In this document: one piece after another, positions 20,326 to 30,367 of the stretch
How positions within the stretch are numbered: the first letter of the stretch is position 1
Layout of the letters: every line of letters begins with the position of its first letter
Assembly (NCBI GenBank): GCA_937918955.1
Contig: CAKZRZ010000014.1
Location: 20,080 to 84,079, forward strand
Source: an uncultured Arenicella sp.
Lineage (GTDB): Bacteria > Pseudomonadota > Gammaproteobacteria > Arenicellales > Arenicellaceae
Direction of reading: 5' to 3'
Length of the DNA: 64,000 bases
The notes under the pieces: model-generated
Told to the model about the DNA's origin: nothing
Databases searched by the model: none
What the model saw: only the letters and a program-made list of their open reading frames with translations
Position numbers and translations under genes: made by a program

Positions 20326-20517
20326 TAAATTCTCCAAAAACAGTAAAAGTCATGAGTACATCAATTTCAAAAAACACCATCCAAAGTCGCGCTATTTGTA
20401 CTCGGGACGTCTATGAAGTGATATTGAGACTCAACATTACTTATAAGACAAGTGCTAAGAAATTAATCTTACACGTTCATAGTAAGGTCGGTCTGATTAC
20501 CCTCAAGTGAACAGCGG

Positions 20518-20533
20518 ATTACGTTTTAGTAAT
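20518..20533. promoter_or_regulatory. candidate CopR/CusR-type box ATTAC-N6-GTAAT upstream of htrA-RR-HK operon
   Basis: attac gtttta gtaat; spacing matches the TTAC-N6-GTAAT cop box; operon encodes a CusR-like regulator. Confidence 0.4.
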
Positions 20534-20732
20534 AGCGCCAAATTAAGTCGACTTGCCTGTCGTTCGTCTAGCATTAACGCGGGAATACAAAAATATTTCT
20601 CAGATAATAAGGTTGAACCAAAGCCATTTCTGGACGTTTGAGTGTCAAAAAGAAAAGTTACGGTTTCCTTACCGCGCAAGGTCAGCGCTAATCGTTAAGA
20701 GAATTAGTTGATAAACGAGACGACCATATAAT

Positions 20733-20764
20733 AAAAAAGCGGCCTAAATTAAACCTAGGCCGCT
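20733..20764 (-). terminator. Rho-independent terminator of the saccharopine-dehydrogenase-like gene
   Basis: Minus strand agcggcctag-gtttaat-ttaggccgct followed by T-run. Confidence 0.8.
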
Positions 20765-20850
20765 CTTAACGTCAATTAAAGTGCTTTTAGCTGGAGATAA
20801 GAAACAAACTACTCTCGAAACTAGCTAGCTAAAACCTCGGAGAGAGTAAG

Positions 20851-22026
20851 CTAGCCTTCTAGCTCAAAGCTCAAACCCGCATTTGCTTCAAGCCTAGTGA
20901 TTAATTTATCGCCCATTGCCGGCGCCGTTGTCCAGATACCCCCAGGAGTGTCGGTGGCATCTTTGAATAAACAAATCGCGCTTTCTGAGATCATTTTGGA
21001 AGTTGAGCCGTAACCTGGGTCTCGATCTCCTTTAACACCTAATACAAACGTTTCATCACTTTTAGTTTTGCCAATGTAGGCGATGTCATAGAAGCCGGTC
21101 TCTCGCTCTTCTTTACTTGGGCCTTCACCAGGTTTTGGGGCATCCGGCCCGGCCATCGGGTTTGTTGTGGCTACATGATTGGCAATTGCCTGACCTTTTT
21201 CTCCATCGCCAGTTAGCATCATTTCGTCGTAAGTAAAATCTTCACCATAGGCGTGACCTAACAAAGCATTACTTCGATGCACGTTTCGAGTGTTAATCGC
21301 CGCCATCACAAATGGTGCAACCCAGCTCTTTAACTCTTCCGAGTAGACCACTTTGTCACCATTGGGTTGCTCGACGCCAGTAAAACCGGGCACCAGTGAA
21401 TAGTGATTAATCGCCAGTTTAAAAATTTCTGGGTCACTTTTAGCGGCTTTCACCGATTCAGTTAAACTTGCAGCGGTACCGCCTGAAAATGTACCTTTCA
21501 TGGCTCGCACACGCCCACTGATATGGCTGCATACTTCACCGGTTTGTTCTTTGACTAATTGTTGCAGTTTAAAAATACCAAGATCACTAGGAATTGAATC
21601 AAAGCCACAAGAGAATACAATACGAGCGCCCGAGGCTTTTGCCGCTGATTCATGTGCATCGATCATATGTCGCATCCAAACTGATTCACCACATAGGTCA
21701 ACATAGTCAACACCTGAGTTCGCACAAAGTCCGACTAACTCCGAACCATAAACTTGATAAGGGCCAACAGTGGTTAAAACTACTTTAGTGCGATCGACCA
21801 TTGCCTGCATTGAACAAGTATCATTCGAGTCGGCAACAACCAGCGGCGTACTTTCAGGTAAGCCCATCTCCTCGCGCACGGCCTCTAGCTTCGCTTGGCT
21901 ACGAGCGCCCATAGCCCAACGAACTTCATCACCATTACCATAGCGACCTTGTAAGTATTCTGCGACTAAACGCCCAGTAAAACCTGTAGCGCCGTACACC
22001 ACAATGTCAAAATCTTTCGCACTCAT
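20851..22026 (-). CDS. saccharopine dehydrogenase-like NAD(P)-binding oxidoreductase (trans-acting enoyl reductase family)
   Basis: DIVVYGATGFTG, TTVGPY, YVDLCGE, CGFDSIPSDLG, DPGYGST. Confidence 0.88.
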   Translation of the reverse strand: MSAKDFDIVVYGATGFTGRLVAEYLQGRYGNGDEVRWAMGARSQAKLEAVREEMGLPESTPLVVADSNDTCSMQAMVDRTKVVLTTVGPYQVYGSELVGLCANSGVDYVDLCGESVWMRHMIDAHESAAKASGARIVFSCGFDSIPSDLGIFKLQQLVKEQTGEVCSHISGRVRAMKGTFSGGTAASLTESVKAAKSDPEIFKLAINHYSLVPGFTGVEQPNGDKVVYSEELKSWVAPFVMAAINTRNVHRSNALLGHAYGEDFTYDEMMLTGDGEKGQAIANHVATTNPMAGPDAPKPGEGPSKEERETGFYDIAYIGKTKSDETFVLGVKGDRDPGYGSTSKMISESAICLFKDATDTPGGIWTTAPAMGDKLITRLEANAGLSFELEG

Positions 22027-22132
22027 AGTAAGTTCTCCTCTTTGCTGATTCACAGCTTGTTTTAATTAATACCTAGGCGACTTTCATTGTCGAACCCACA
22101 CCCAAAGGCTCCGTCAACACTAGCAAACAGGT

Positions 22133-22549
22133 TCAGCTTATCGACAATAGGCTTACAAAAGTAACACCAAATAAAATAAGCAAGGTGATCACGCCAACAC
22201 CAAAAAAGATCATCCGCTTAGGGATGTTATTGCTAGTGACGTGCACATAGGCGTGAACCCAGCGACTAAGGGCAAAGACACAAGCAAGAACCATGACGAA
22301 GGAGCTTACCGCCTCAATACTAAAGATCACGAAACTCAATACATAGAAAATTATCGGTAACTGAAATTGATTTTCCAGCGAATTCGAGGTTAAAACCACC
22401 GGCAATGACCAGGCTCTATTATCGATTGCGGCATTGGGATCTAAATCACCCGTTTTACGGTCTGCATCTTTGCGCTTTGCATTAAGCAGCAAGACCACCA
22501 TCGGCACAATCGCGACTGCGAGCACTGGCCAGAAAATTTGAGCTTGCAT
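22133..22549 (-). CDS. MAPEG family membrane protein
   Basis: NSLENQFQLPIIFY, SRWVHAYVH, four TM helices. Confidence 0.82.
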   Translation of the reverse strand: MQAQIFWPVLAVAIVPMVVLLLNAKRKDADRKTGDLDPNAAIDNRAWSLPVVLTSNSLENQFQLPIIFYVLSFVIFSIEAVSSFVMVLACVFALSRWVHAYVHVTSNNIPKRMIFFGVGVITLLILFGVTFVSLLSIS

Positions 22550-22598
22550 AAAACCTCTTTTTATTGATTTGAAGAACTAGAATGTATGAGCTTGAAGC

Positions 22599-23639
22599 TT
22601 ATTTGGAAGCTTGGGACAAAGCCTGACTTAACAGCTTTGAGGTGATATCTACAACCGAAATTACCTCGTCGTACGCCATTCGTGTTGGGCCAACGACACC
22701 GAGTGTTCCAAGAATCTTACCGTCTACGCTGTAGGGGCTAGCAATTACACTGCATTCGCCGAGCGCACTATAGCCAGACTCTTCACCGATGAACACACTA
22801 ACCCCATCGGCTTTCATGCTCCGATCTAATAAGTCTAATAGATCGCGCTTAGTCTTAAACGCATCGAATAGCTTTTGGAGGGTTTCTATTTGACACAAAT
22901 CAGGCACGTCTAACAGCTTTTGCTCTCCGCTGAGAACCACATCACCTTGGTTCGATGCCTCTTCTTCAGATATCACACGGCTAGCAGCCTGCATGGCCTC
23001 TTGGTTGAGCTTGTGCATCTCGTCATTGTCATGGCGCATATCATTTATCAATAAACGCCTAACATCGTCGAGCGTATTACCCTTGTAACGCTGATTAAAA
23101 AAGTTTGCCGCCGAAACCAATTCAGACTCACTGAAGCTCTCGGCAGTATTCAGCACCCTATTTTGAACTCGCCCATCTTCAGTAACTAAGATTGCCAGCA
23201 ACCGAGAGTCAGATAAGCGCATAAACTCTAGTTGATGAAAACGTGTAAGCGATTGGCTCGGCAATACCACGACACCAGCAAACTGAGTCAACTCAGACAA
23301 AACATCAGATGCGTGCGCGAGAAGAGCTTCAGGGTCGGTTTCTTGCTGAAAACGCTCCGAGAGTTGGCTTACTGCTTGTTGCGTTAAGGTAGACGCCTTA
23401 ACCATGCTGTCGACAAATAGGCGATAGCCCTGAGAGGTGGGAATGCGGCCGGCCGACGTATGCGGCGCGGTAATCAAACCGAGCTCTTCAAGATCAGACA
23501 TAACATTGCGAACCGTTGCCGAACTAACGCCCAGCTGAGGTAACTTGGATAACGTTCGAGAGCCCACCGGCTGACCTTGCTGAATATAGGTTTCAACTAG
23601 GTTTTTGAGTACATTTTCGGCTCGCGAATCTAAAGTCAT
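22599..23639 (-). CDS. hrcA: heat-inducible transcription repressor HrcA
   Basis: PVGSRTL, SSATVRNVMSDLE, PHTSAGRIPT..GYRLFVD, GVVGPTRMAY. Confidence 0.96.
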   Translation of the reverse strand: MTLDSRAENVLKNLVETYIQQGQPVGSRTLSKLPQLGVSSATVRNVMSDLEELGLITAPHTSAGRIPTSQGYRLFVDSMVKASTLTQQAVSQLSERFQQETDPEALLAHASDVLSELTQFAGVVVLPSQSLTRFHQLEFMRLSDSRLLAILVTEDGRVQNRVLNTAESFSESELVSAANFFNQRYKGNTLDDVRRLLINDMRHDNDEMHKLNQEAMQAASRVISEEEASNQGDVVLSGEQKLLDVPDLCQIETLQKLFDAFKTKRDLLDLLDRSMKADGVSVFIGEESGYSALGECSVIASPYSVDGKILGTLGVVGPTRMAYDEVISVVDITSKLLSQALSQASK

Positions 23640-23797
23640 GAAATCTCTAAAAGTTCAGATTTTTTGGGGCTTTAAAGCAATGTCTGCTTTGCTGCGCCAA
23701 CAAGAGTGATATTTTTATGCTTAAGTGTGCCAGAAACACCGCTTTACTGGACAAGCCCAGCGTAAATTGGCGACAATGCACGATAGAATAATCATAA

Positions 23798-24688
23798 ATG
23801 AAATCCCGCATGTTTAAAACTATCGGCGTATTTGGCAAGTATCAAGACGCAAGTGTCGAAAAGCCTGTCAAAGCCTTAACCGCGCATCTCGAGTCAAAGG
23901 GTTTGAAGGTTAAGCTCGGTTACAATACTGCTTCGGAAATTGTACGAGACCTGCCGCAAGAGCTGCTTCACGAAGAATTGCATCAAGACATCGATCTGGC
24001 GATTGTTATTGGCGGTGACGGCACAATGCTGCATGTGGCTCGCAAAATGGCTGAGTTAAATGTGCCTGTAGCAGGCGTAAACCTTGGCAGGCTTGGGTTT
24101 CTAACGGATATACCCCAAGCCGATATGCTCAGTGAAGTTGATCAAATCTTAGCTGGCAACTACGAAATTGAGCGCCGCATGATGCTTAAAGCCCAAGTGC
24201 TCGATAATGATGAAGTTGTTTATCAACAAACCGCGCTTAATGACATTGTTATTGGCCGGCACTCGCTCGAGAAGCTTATAAGCTGGCAAGCGCACGTTAA
24301 TGATAACTTTGTTACCGCTGCGCGCTCGGACGGCGTAATTCTTAGTACGCCTACTGGTTCCACTGCGTATGCTCTTTCAGCTGGTGGCGCGATCATGCAC
24401 CCTGGGACTGACGTGATCTCAATGGTGCCAGTGTCGCCACACACGCTATCGAACCGACCGATCACTTTGCCCGCGGCATCAGAGGTATGCTTTTCAATTC
24501 ATAATCGCTCAAAAAACTGCGCTCATGTGTCTTCAGACGGCTTAATTGGCTTTAGTCTTACCGGTCACGAAATCATTAAAGTGACACGCTCAGAGCATTC
24601 GGTTCAGTTAATACACACTGAAAACTACGATTATTTTGCTATGCTGCGCGCTAAATTAGGCTGGGGCGGCGAACAAGAGTCGCGCTAA
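23798..24688 (+). CDS. nadK: NAD(+) kinase
   Basis: GGDGTML, NLGRLGFL, ALND, STPTGSTAYALSAGG, LRAKLGW. Confidence 0.95.
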   Translation: MKSRMFKTIGVFGKYQDASVEKPVKALTAHLESKGLKVKLGYNTASEIVRDLPQELLHEELHQDIDLAIVIGGDGTMLHVARKMAELNVPVAGVNLGRLGFLTDIPQADMLSEVDQILAGNYEIERRMMLKAQVLDNDEVVYQQTALNDIVIGRHSLEKLISWQAHVNDNFVTAARSDGVILSTPTGSTAYALSAGGAIMHPGTDVISMVPVSPHTLSNRPITLPAASEVCFSIHNRSKNCAHVSSDGLIGFSLTGHEIIKVTRSEHSVQLIHTENYDYFAMLRAKLGWGGEQESR

Positions 24689-24707
24689 ACGGTTTATACT
24701 CAACGCT

Positions 24708-26405
24708 ATGGCTTTAACAGAACTATCAATACGCAACTTCGCAATCATTAAGCAACTCGAGATTGAAATCGACGAGGGCTTGACGGTGGTCACTGGCGAA
24801 ACCGGTGCAGGCAAATCGATTATGCTCGACGCCTTGAACCTAATCTTGGGCTCGCGTGCCGAATCTGAGATGGTACGTCACGGCGAAGATCAATGTGAAA
24901 TCACCGCTTTGTTTGACATTGCGGGCCTGAAAAACGTACGAGAATGGCTTAGCGAACGCGACTTACTCAACGCTCAAGAAGACCAAGACAATTGCTTGGT
25001 TCGCCGTGTAGTTCGGGTAAGCAAGCCGACTAAGTGCTATATCAATGATCAACCAGCAACGCTCACAAGTCTGCGCGAGCTCGGCTATATGCTGGTCGAT
25101 TTACACGGTCAACATGAGCATCAGTCGCTAATGCGCCTACCAGAGCAACGCCGAATCATTGATCAATTTGCCGATCACGGTGAAGCGTTGAAGGTAATGG
25201 CCAAGTTAGCATCAAAGATTCACCGCATCGAGCGTGAGCTGCAATCGGTGTCGCAAAACCAAACTGATAATGCTGACCGAATGGAGTTGCTCTCATTTCA
25301 GTTAAACGAGTTAGACGAAGCCAGCATTGTCGATGGCGAGTTTGAAGAACTCGAACAAGAGCATAGCCGTCTCAGCAATTCTCAAGGCTTAATCGACGGT
25401 ATTCAAGCGACGATTGACGCCCTATTTCACAATGAAACAAGCAACGTTTCAGCTGAACTTGGGAAAGCCGTAAAGCAAATCTCTGACCTACATGAGTTTG
25501 ATCACAATTTAGGCGACGCTAACGAATTACTGAATTCAGCGCTCGCCCAAGTAGAAGAAACACAAAGCTCTCTTGAATCAGCCTTATCTAAAATTGATAA
25601 AGACCCTGAACGTTTACAAGAGGTTGAACAACGGCGCGACACTTTGATTAACTTGGCGCGAAAACATCGCTGTAGTGAGTCGACTCTGCCCGAACGCCAT
25701 CAAGCATTGCAAGCTGAATACGAGCGTTTAGAGTCAGCGCATAGCCAGCCAGAAAAGCTGCAAAAAGAACTTAGTGAACTTAAAGATAACTACGCAAAGG
25801 TCGCGTTCGCCATATCGAGCAAGCGTCAAGAGGTTGCTGAGCAACTGTCGACTGCGATCAGCGAACAGATGCAAGATCTCGGAATGAGTGGCGGCGCGCT
25901 CTCTATAAAAGTTGAGCCTCATATTAGTGATGACGTCATCGTTTCTGAGCACGGCATTGACCACATTGAGTTTATGGTTAGTACTAATCATGGGATGCCT
26001 CTAAAGTCATTGAATAAAACAGCTTCAGGCGGAGAAATGTCGCGCATAAGCTTGGCGATTCAAGTGATTACCAGTGAACGCAGCGATACACCAACATTGG
26101 TATTTGATGAAGTAGATGTAGGCGTTGGCGGAAAAGTAGCCCAGATTGTCGGCACTCGCTTACGTAAGCTAGGTAAAAATGCCCAAGTGATTTGTATTAC
26201 GCACCTGCCACAAGTTGCATCACAAGGCGAACAACACATCTTTATTGATAAAGTATCGAACGAAGATGAAACCTACTCGACCTTAGTCAAATTAAACGAC
26301 GAAATGCGCACCCTAGAGATAGCTCGAATGCTCGGCGGTGAAATCATCACTGATCGCACCAAAGCACATGCGCAAGAGATGCTCGCGGCTAGCTCGCAGT
26401 CTTAA
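24708..26405 (+). CDS. recN: DNA repair protein RecN
   Basis: TGETGAGKS, HGQHEHQ, ASGGEMSR, VFDEVDVGVGG, ITHLPQVA. Confidence 0.96.
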   Translation: MALTELSIRNFAIIKQLEIEIDEGLTVVTGETGAGKSIMLDALNLILGSRAESEMVRHGEDQCEITALFDIAGLKNVREWLSERDLLNAQEDQDNCLVRRVVRVSKPTKCYINDQPATLTSLRELGYMLVDLHGQHEHQSLMRLPEQRRIIDQFADHGEALKVMAKLASKIHRIERELQSVSQNQTDNADRMELLSFQLNELDEASIVDGEFEELEQEHSRLSNSQGLIDGIQATIDALFHNETSNVSAELGKAVKQISDLHEFDHNLGDANELLNSALAQVEETQSSLESALSKIDKDPERLQEVEQRRDTLINLARKHRCSESTLPERHQALQAEYERLESAHSQPEKLQKELSELKDNYAKVAFAISSKRQEVAEQLSTAISEQMQDLGMSGGALSIKVEPHISDDVIVSEHGIDHIEFMVSTNHGMPLKSLNKTASGGEMSRISLAIQVITSERSDTPTLVFDEVDVGVGGKVAQIVGTRLRKLGKNAQVICITHLPQVASQGEQHIFIDKVSNEDETYSTLVKLNDEMRTLEIARMLGGEIITDRTKAHAQEMLAASSQS

Positions 26406-26425
26406 GGGTAAACCTGAGCCTACCG

Positions 26426-26920
26426 ATGAATACTACCCTCTCAGCACAGTCGCAGAGCTCTGACGACATAGTTCAAGCGGCTTGTAAGTCAGATGTTGCT
26501 AGCATCCAAGTATTGTTGAACCATTATGCGTCGCTCGGAGATTTACTGCCGCGCACCAAAACCGATATTATTGCTAACTTAGAACACTTTCGCGTTATTA
26601 AGAGAAATAATACCGTCATTGCCTGCGGCTCACTCGAGCACTTCACGCCTGAACTTGCCGAAGTTAGAAGCTTAATGGTCTCAGCAGAGATAAAAGGCGG
26701 AGGCTTAGGGCGCAAAATTGTTGAAAACTTGATAGAAACCGCTAAAGATAGAGGCGTTGGACGAGTGATGGCCCTTACTTATGTGCCTGAGTTTTTCCAT
26801 AAACTTGGCTTTACCACCGTTAACAAAGATATATTTCCCGAGAAAATTTGGGGAATCTGTGTAAACTGCTACAAATTCGAAAATTGTGATGAAATCGCAG
26901 TCCTTCTGAAATTGAAATAG
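26426..26920 (+). CDS. GNAT N-acetyltransferase, short ArgA (N-acetylglutamate synthase)-like
   Basis: LLPR, ACGSLE..ELAEVRSL, RVMALTY.P.FF.KLGF, PEKIW..C..C.KF..CDEIA. Confidence 0.75.
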   Translation: MNTTLSAQSQSSDDIVQAACKSDVASIQVLLNHYASLGDLLPRTKTDIIANLEHFRVIKRNNTVIACGSLEHFTPELAEVRSLMVSAEIKGGGLGRKIVENLIETAKDRGVGRVMALTYVPEFFHKLGFTTVNKDIFPEKIWGICVNCYKFENCDEIAVLLKLK

Positions 26921-26941
26921 ATCAACTTAAAATAATCAATC

Positions 26942-27406
26942 ATGAACAAAAAACTGTCTCTAGTATTGGTCTCATGCAGCTTGGCGCTCAGCGCATGCAT
27001 CAAACCATATCAGCCAAATATTCAGCAAGGAAATATCATTAATAACAGTGATTTACGCGAGATACGTTATGGGATGAGTAAACAAGAAGTCTTGTTTATT
27101 CTTGGCACACCAATGGTTATTGACCCATTCAATCAACAGCGATGGGACTACTTTTTTTCAAATAGAAACCAGCGAAAGAAAGAGACCGACCAACGTTTGA
27201 TTACAGCGATGTTTGATGGTGATAAGTTAGTTAGTCTAAGTGGAGACGTTGATTTATCAAATGTTCAAAGTCTCGAACCGAGCACGGAAGACCGACAACA
27301 TGGCGGCACCGTTATTACCGAACCAACTCAGCGAGAAAAAGGCTTGTTTAATCGCCTAGGTTTATTCAAGAAGAAAGATAAGATTAAGAAAAAAACTGAC
27401 GGCTAA
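26942..27406 (+). CDS. bamE: outer membrane protein assembly lipoprotein BamE (SmpA)
   Basis: Lipobox LSAC, IQQGN, GMSKQEVLFILGTP..DPF…RWDY. Confidence 0.94.
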   Translation: MNKKLSLVLVSCSLALSACIKPYQPNIQQGNIINNSDLREIRYGMSKQEVLFILGTPMVIDPFNQQRWDYFFSNRNQRKKETDQRLITAMFDGDKLVSLSGDVDLSNVQSLEPSTEDRQHGGTVITEPTQREKGLFNRLGLFKKKDKIKKKTDG

Positions 27407-27425
27407 TAGTTAGTTCAAAGGTCAA

Positions 27426-27460
27426 ATTAAAAAACGGGGCTAACAGCCCCGTTTTTTAAT
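27426..27460. terminator. bidirectional Rho-independent terminator
   Basis: attaaaaaacggggct-aac-agccccgttttttaat between convergent genes. Confidence 0.88.
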
Positions 27461-27530
27461 TTCTAAACCATCGTAAAAATAGACTAGACCCTAATGACAA
27501 GCTAGATAAACGATGGCCAAGGTTCTTGTC

Positions 27531-28229
27531 CTAAAACTTAGCCAAGAACTTTTCGATGCGCTTCGCATTTGCGCCTAAATCGCTTCTACCGATTCTAGAC
27601 ACGGATCGCACATCTACTGCGGCTTTACCGTCTATCGCAGTAATTCGAACAACCATGTCGTCTTTGAAGCCCCAAATTGCGGTGGTCTCGGTCGCTTCGA
27701 TAATCCCTTGGCTAGCATCGGAATTCACCAGCTCTAAGCCCATCGATTCGACCACTGATTTCGCGCGGGCATGCGCTTCTTGTACCGACAGATCGGTTGT
27801 TAGCGTTTTTACCTTTGGATAGGCTGCCTTCTGCACCTCAGCGAGGGTATCCGTGTCGTATTCCAAGGGGTTATGACCTTCGTTACGTAAAGCAACAACT
27901 TTATCGAATGCGGGCGGATTAACTGTATCTGTCGAAATATTATGAATCGATGGTACCGATGATCCGGTAACTGCTTGACTACCCAGTCCAATAACCGGCA
28001 ATAGCGCGATCATAGCAGCGGTACGCGCCGATTTTGCCACCTCTGTATCAGAGCGTTTAATAAAGCTGACGACCATGCCTACAAAAAACACAGCCGCTGC
28101 AAGTAGTGCTGTTGCTCCCATCATCGAAAAGCTGGTTGAAAACGGGAACAATCCCAGTCTGAAACCAATTACGGCAACAGGAAAGCCGAGCAACGCCACG
28201 ACGGCGAGTATCTTGAGTAATTTATGCAT
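27531..28229 (-). CDS. DUF1499 domain membrane protein
   Basis: IHNISTD..NPPAF, IEAT…WGFKDD.VVR, DVRSVSRIGRSDLGANAKRI. Confidence 0.85.
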   Translation of the reverse strand: MHKLLKILAVVALLGFPVAVIGFRLGLFPFSTSFSMMGATALLAAAVFFVGMVVSFIKRSDTEVAKSARTAAMIALLPVIGLGSQAVTGSSVPSIHNISTDTVNPPAFDKVVALRNEGHNPLEYDTDTLAEVQKAAYPKVKTLTTDLSVQEAHARAKSVVESMGLELVNSDASQGIIEATETTAIWGFKDDMVVRITAIDGKAAVDVRSVSRIGRSDLGANAKRIEKFLAKF

Positions 28230-28373
28230 GGTTAGTATTTACCTTGTTCTAGTTCTTTAGTTGTCTTACTAATTTTATTACCGCTTTGAGCGTCAGTTTA
28301 CCTGAAAATAGCCTGTTTCCATGTGATTACCTAATGCTTTGAATAAGAGCAACATGAAAACAATAAAGCGACG

Positions 28374-29369
28374 TTATCTAGCGGCGACAAGCCGAGACAA
28401 TTTAGCGGATAGCACTTCGTTAGGCTCAAACTCTAGACCGTCTAGCAACTCATCGGCTAGGCTCGGTTGATTGCACACGAGCACCATATCGCAACCCGCA
28501 TATATCGCTCGTTGCGCACTCTCTACAATCGAGCCATGGTCGTCTGAGTTTGCATCTATTGCGCCCTGCATTGTGAGGTCATCACTAAAAACAACCCCAT
28601 CAAAGCCAAGTTCACCGCGTAATATATCTTGTAACCAAAAGCTTGAGTACGTTGGGATATTTTGATCGCATTGATCAAACATCACATGCGCGGTCATAAC
28701 GCCTTGAATTTCGTCAACTAGACTCATATAAGGCACTAAGTCATGTTGGCGAATGTCGTCTAAACAGCGATTATCTTGCGGTAAACAATGATGCGAATCA
28801 CCGCTAACTCCTCCGTGCCCAGGAAAATGCTTCGCGATAGCCACCATGCCGGCAGCATGCATACCGTCAATATAAGCACCAAGCAATTCGGTTGCCGCGT
28901 TTGGGTTCGGGTGAAAACATCGATCGCCAATAACATCACTTTCCTTTGAAGTGACGTCAAATACTGGCGCGAAACTAAAGTCTACGCCTACTTCTAGCAA
29001 CTCAGAGGCCATTGTATAGGCCGACTCGTACGCCACCATAGGAGCCTTTTGCTTATCGCTTGACCAGAGGTCACCAAAGGTTTGCGCTGCGGGTAAGCGT
29101 GTGAACTCTTTTTGAAATCGTTGAACGCGACCGCCTTCTTGATCTACGGCAATCAGTAATGCGGGTGTTCTGAGTGATTTTATTTCTGAGATTAGTTTAG
29201 TAACCTGTTGTTTATCTTTATAATTTCTAGAAAAGAGAATGACTGCCCCAACACTTGGGTGCATCAATCGTTGGCGCTCTGGCTCGTTCAGACGTAAACC
29301 TTCGACATCGACCATCACTGGCCCAAGCGCCAGTAGTTTAGAACCATTACTCGTGATTTGTTCTGTCAT
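28374..29369 (-). CDS. nagZ: beta-N-acetylhexosaminidase NagZ
   Basis: AVDQEGGRVQR, KHFPGHGGVSGDSH, VMTAHV, FSDDL.M.GA, AGCDMVLVCN. Confidence 0.95.
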   Translation of the reverse strand: MTEQITSNGSKLLALGPVMVDVEGLRLNEPERQRLMHPSVGAVILFSRNYKDKQQVTKLISEIKSLRTPALLIAVDQEGGRVQRFQKEFTRLPAAQTFGDLWSSDKQKAPMVAYESAYTMASELLEVGVDFSFAPVFDVTSKESDVIGDRCFHPNPNAATELLGAYIDGMHAAGMVAIAKHFPGHGGVSGDSHHCLPQDNRCLDDIRQHDLVPYMSLVDEIQGVMTAHVMFDQCDQNIPTYSSFWLQDILRGELGFDGVVFSDDLTMQGAIDANSDDHGSIVESAQRAIYAGCDMVLVCNQPSLADELLDGLEFEPNEVLSAKLSRLVAAR

Positions 29370-29890
29370 CGTTTTTCCTTGATCTCGACGATTGTTCCAA
29401 TCGTCACTTTTTCGAATAGCGAGATGATATCTCTATTTCTCATTTTAATGCACCCGTGAGAACTTGGTATTCCCATGGGGTGTGAATCTGGTGCGCCATG
29501 CATGTAAACGTAACGTCGCTGGGTATCAACGTCGCCCCCACGATTAAAGCCTGTCTCATTACCGCATAACCAAAGTATTCGGCTCAATATCCAGTCTCGC
29601 TTAGGGAAGCTGGCAGCTAAATCTTCAGAATAGACTTCACCACTTGCTCTTCTGCCAATAAAAACTGTGTTCTGGGGAGCGCCTGCGCCGATCTTGGCGC
29701 GAATTCTGTGGCGTCCTAATGGAGTGCACTCGCTTCCGTTAGCTTGGCCCACTCCATTTGCAGCCGTAGCAACTTTGCATTGAAAATCAGCGAGTTGCTC
29801 AAGATCAGCAGATCGTTGATCTGGTTTCTCGCTGAACCCCAATAGGGTTTGGCTATGAACGCAGACGTCAATGTATTTGATAGTTCTCAT
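29366..29890 (-). CDS. L,D-transpeptidase (YkuD family)
   Basis: TPLGRHRI, RDWILSRILWL, YVYMHG…SHGCIKM. Confidence 0.88.
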   Translation of the reverse strand: MRTIKYIDVCVHSQTLLGFSEKPDQRSADLEQLADFQCKVATAANGVGQANGSECTPLGRHRIRAKIGAGAPQNTVFIGRRASGEVYSEDLAASFPKRDWILSRILWLCGNETGFNRGGDVDTQRRYVYMHGAPDSHPMGIPSSHGCIKMRNRDIISLFEKVTIGTIVEIKEKR

Positions 29891-30367
29891 CTATGTTTGC
29901 AAGCAATGTTTAAGTAGAGCGTCACAGCCAGCATCAACAAGTTCGAAAACGGTGTCAAAGCCCTTGGCTCCGCCATAGTAAGGGTCTGGTACCGTATTTT
30001 GATCACACAAGCCTTGTTTAACGGCGAAGTCTAGAAAGAGAGAAACATGAGCCCGCCCATGCTCGGGGGCGTAGTAATTGATCAGCTCTAAATTGTCATG
30101 ATCCATAGCAAGAATGTAATCGAACTCATCATGGTCATTTATCGATATCTTACGCGCTCGAATAAACTCCATATCAATGCCCATCGACGCAGCTTTGTCA
30201 CGCGACCTTGAGTCAGATTTCTCACCAACGTGATAAGCGTGAGTACCCGCCGAGTCGATCTCGAAGCGATGGCATAAATTCGCCTGATCGATTTTATGCT
30301 GCATAACTCCATGCGCTGTCGGTGACCGGCATATATTGCCCATGCATACGAACAAAATCTTAATCAT
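29891..30367 (-). CDS. low molecular weight protein-tyrosine phosphatase
   Basis: FVCMGNICRSPTA, DSAGT, VPDPYYG. Confidence 0.94.
   Translation of the reverse strand: MIKILFVCMGNICRSPTAHGVMQHKIDQANLCHRFEIDSAGTHAYHVGEKSDSRSRDKAASMGIDMEFIRARKISINDHDEFDYILAMDHDNLELINYYAPEHGRAHVSLFLDFAVKQGLCDQNTVPDPYYGGAKGFDTVFELVDAGCDALLKHCLQT

Noticed and set aside
20432-20458. Possible CIRCE element (aagtgctaa) near hrcA/htrA
   Set aside because: Only the right half-site resembles GAGTGCTAA; the left half does not match TTAGCACTC
23716-23732. TGGCAC…GC sigma-54-like site upstream of hrcA
   Set aside because: GG-to-GC spacing is 9 nt rather than the required 10
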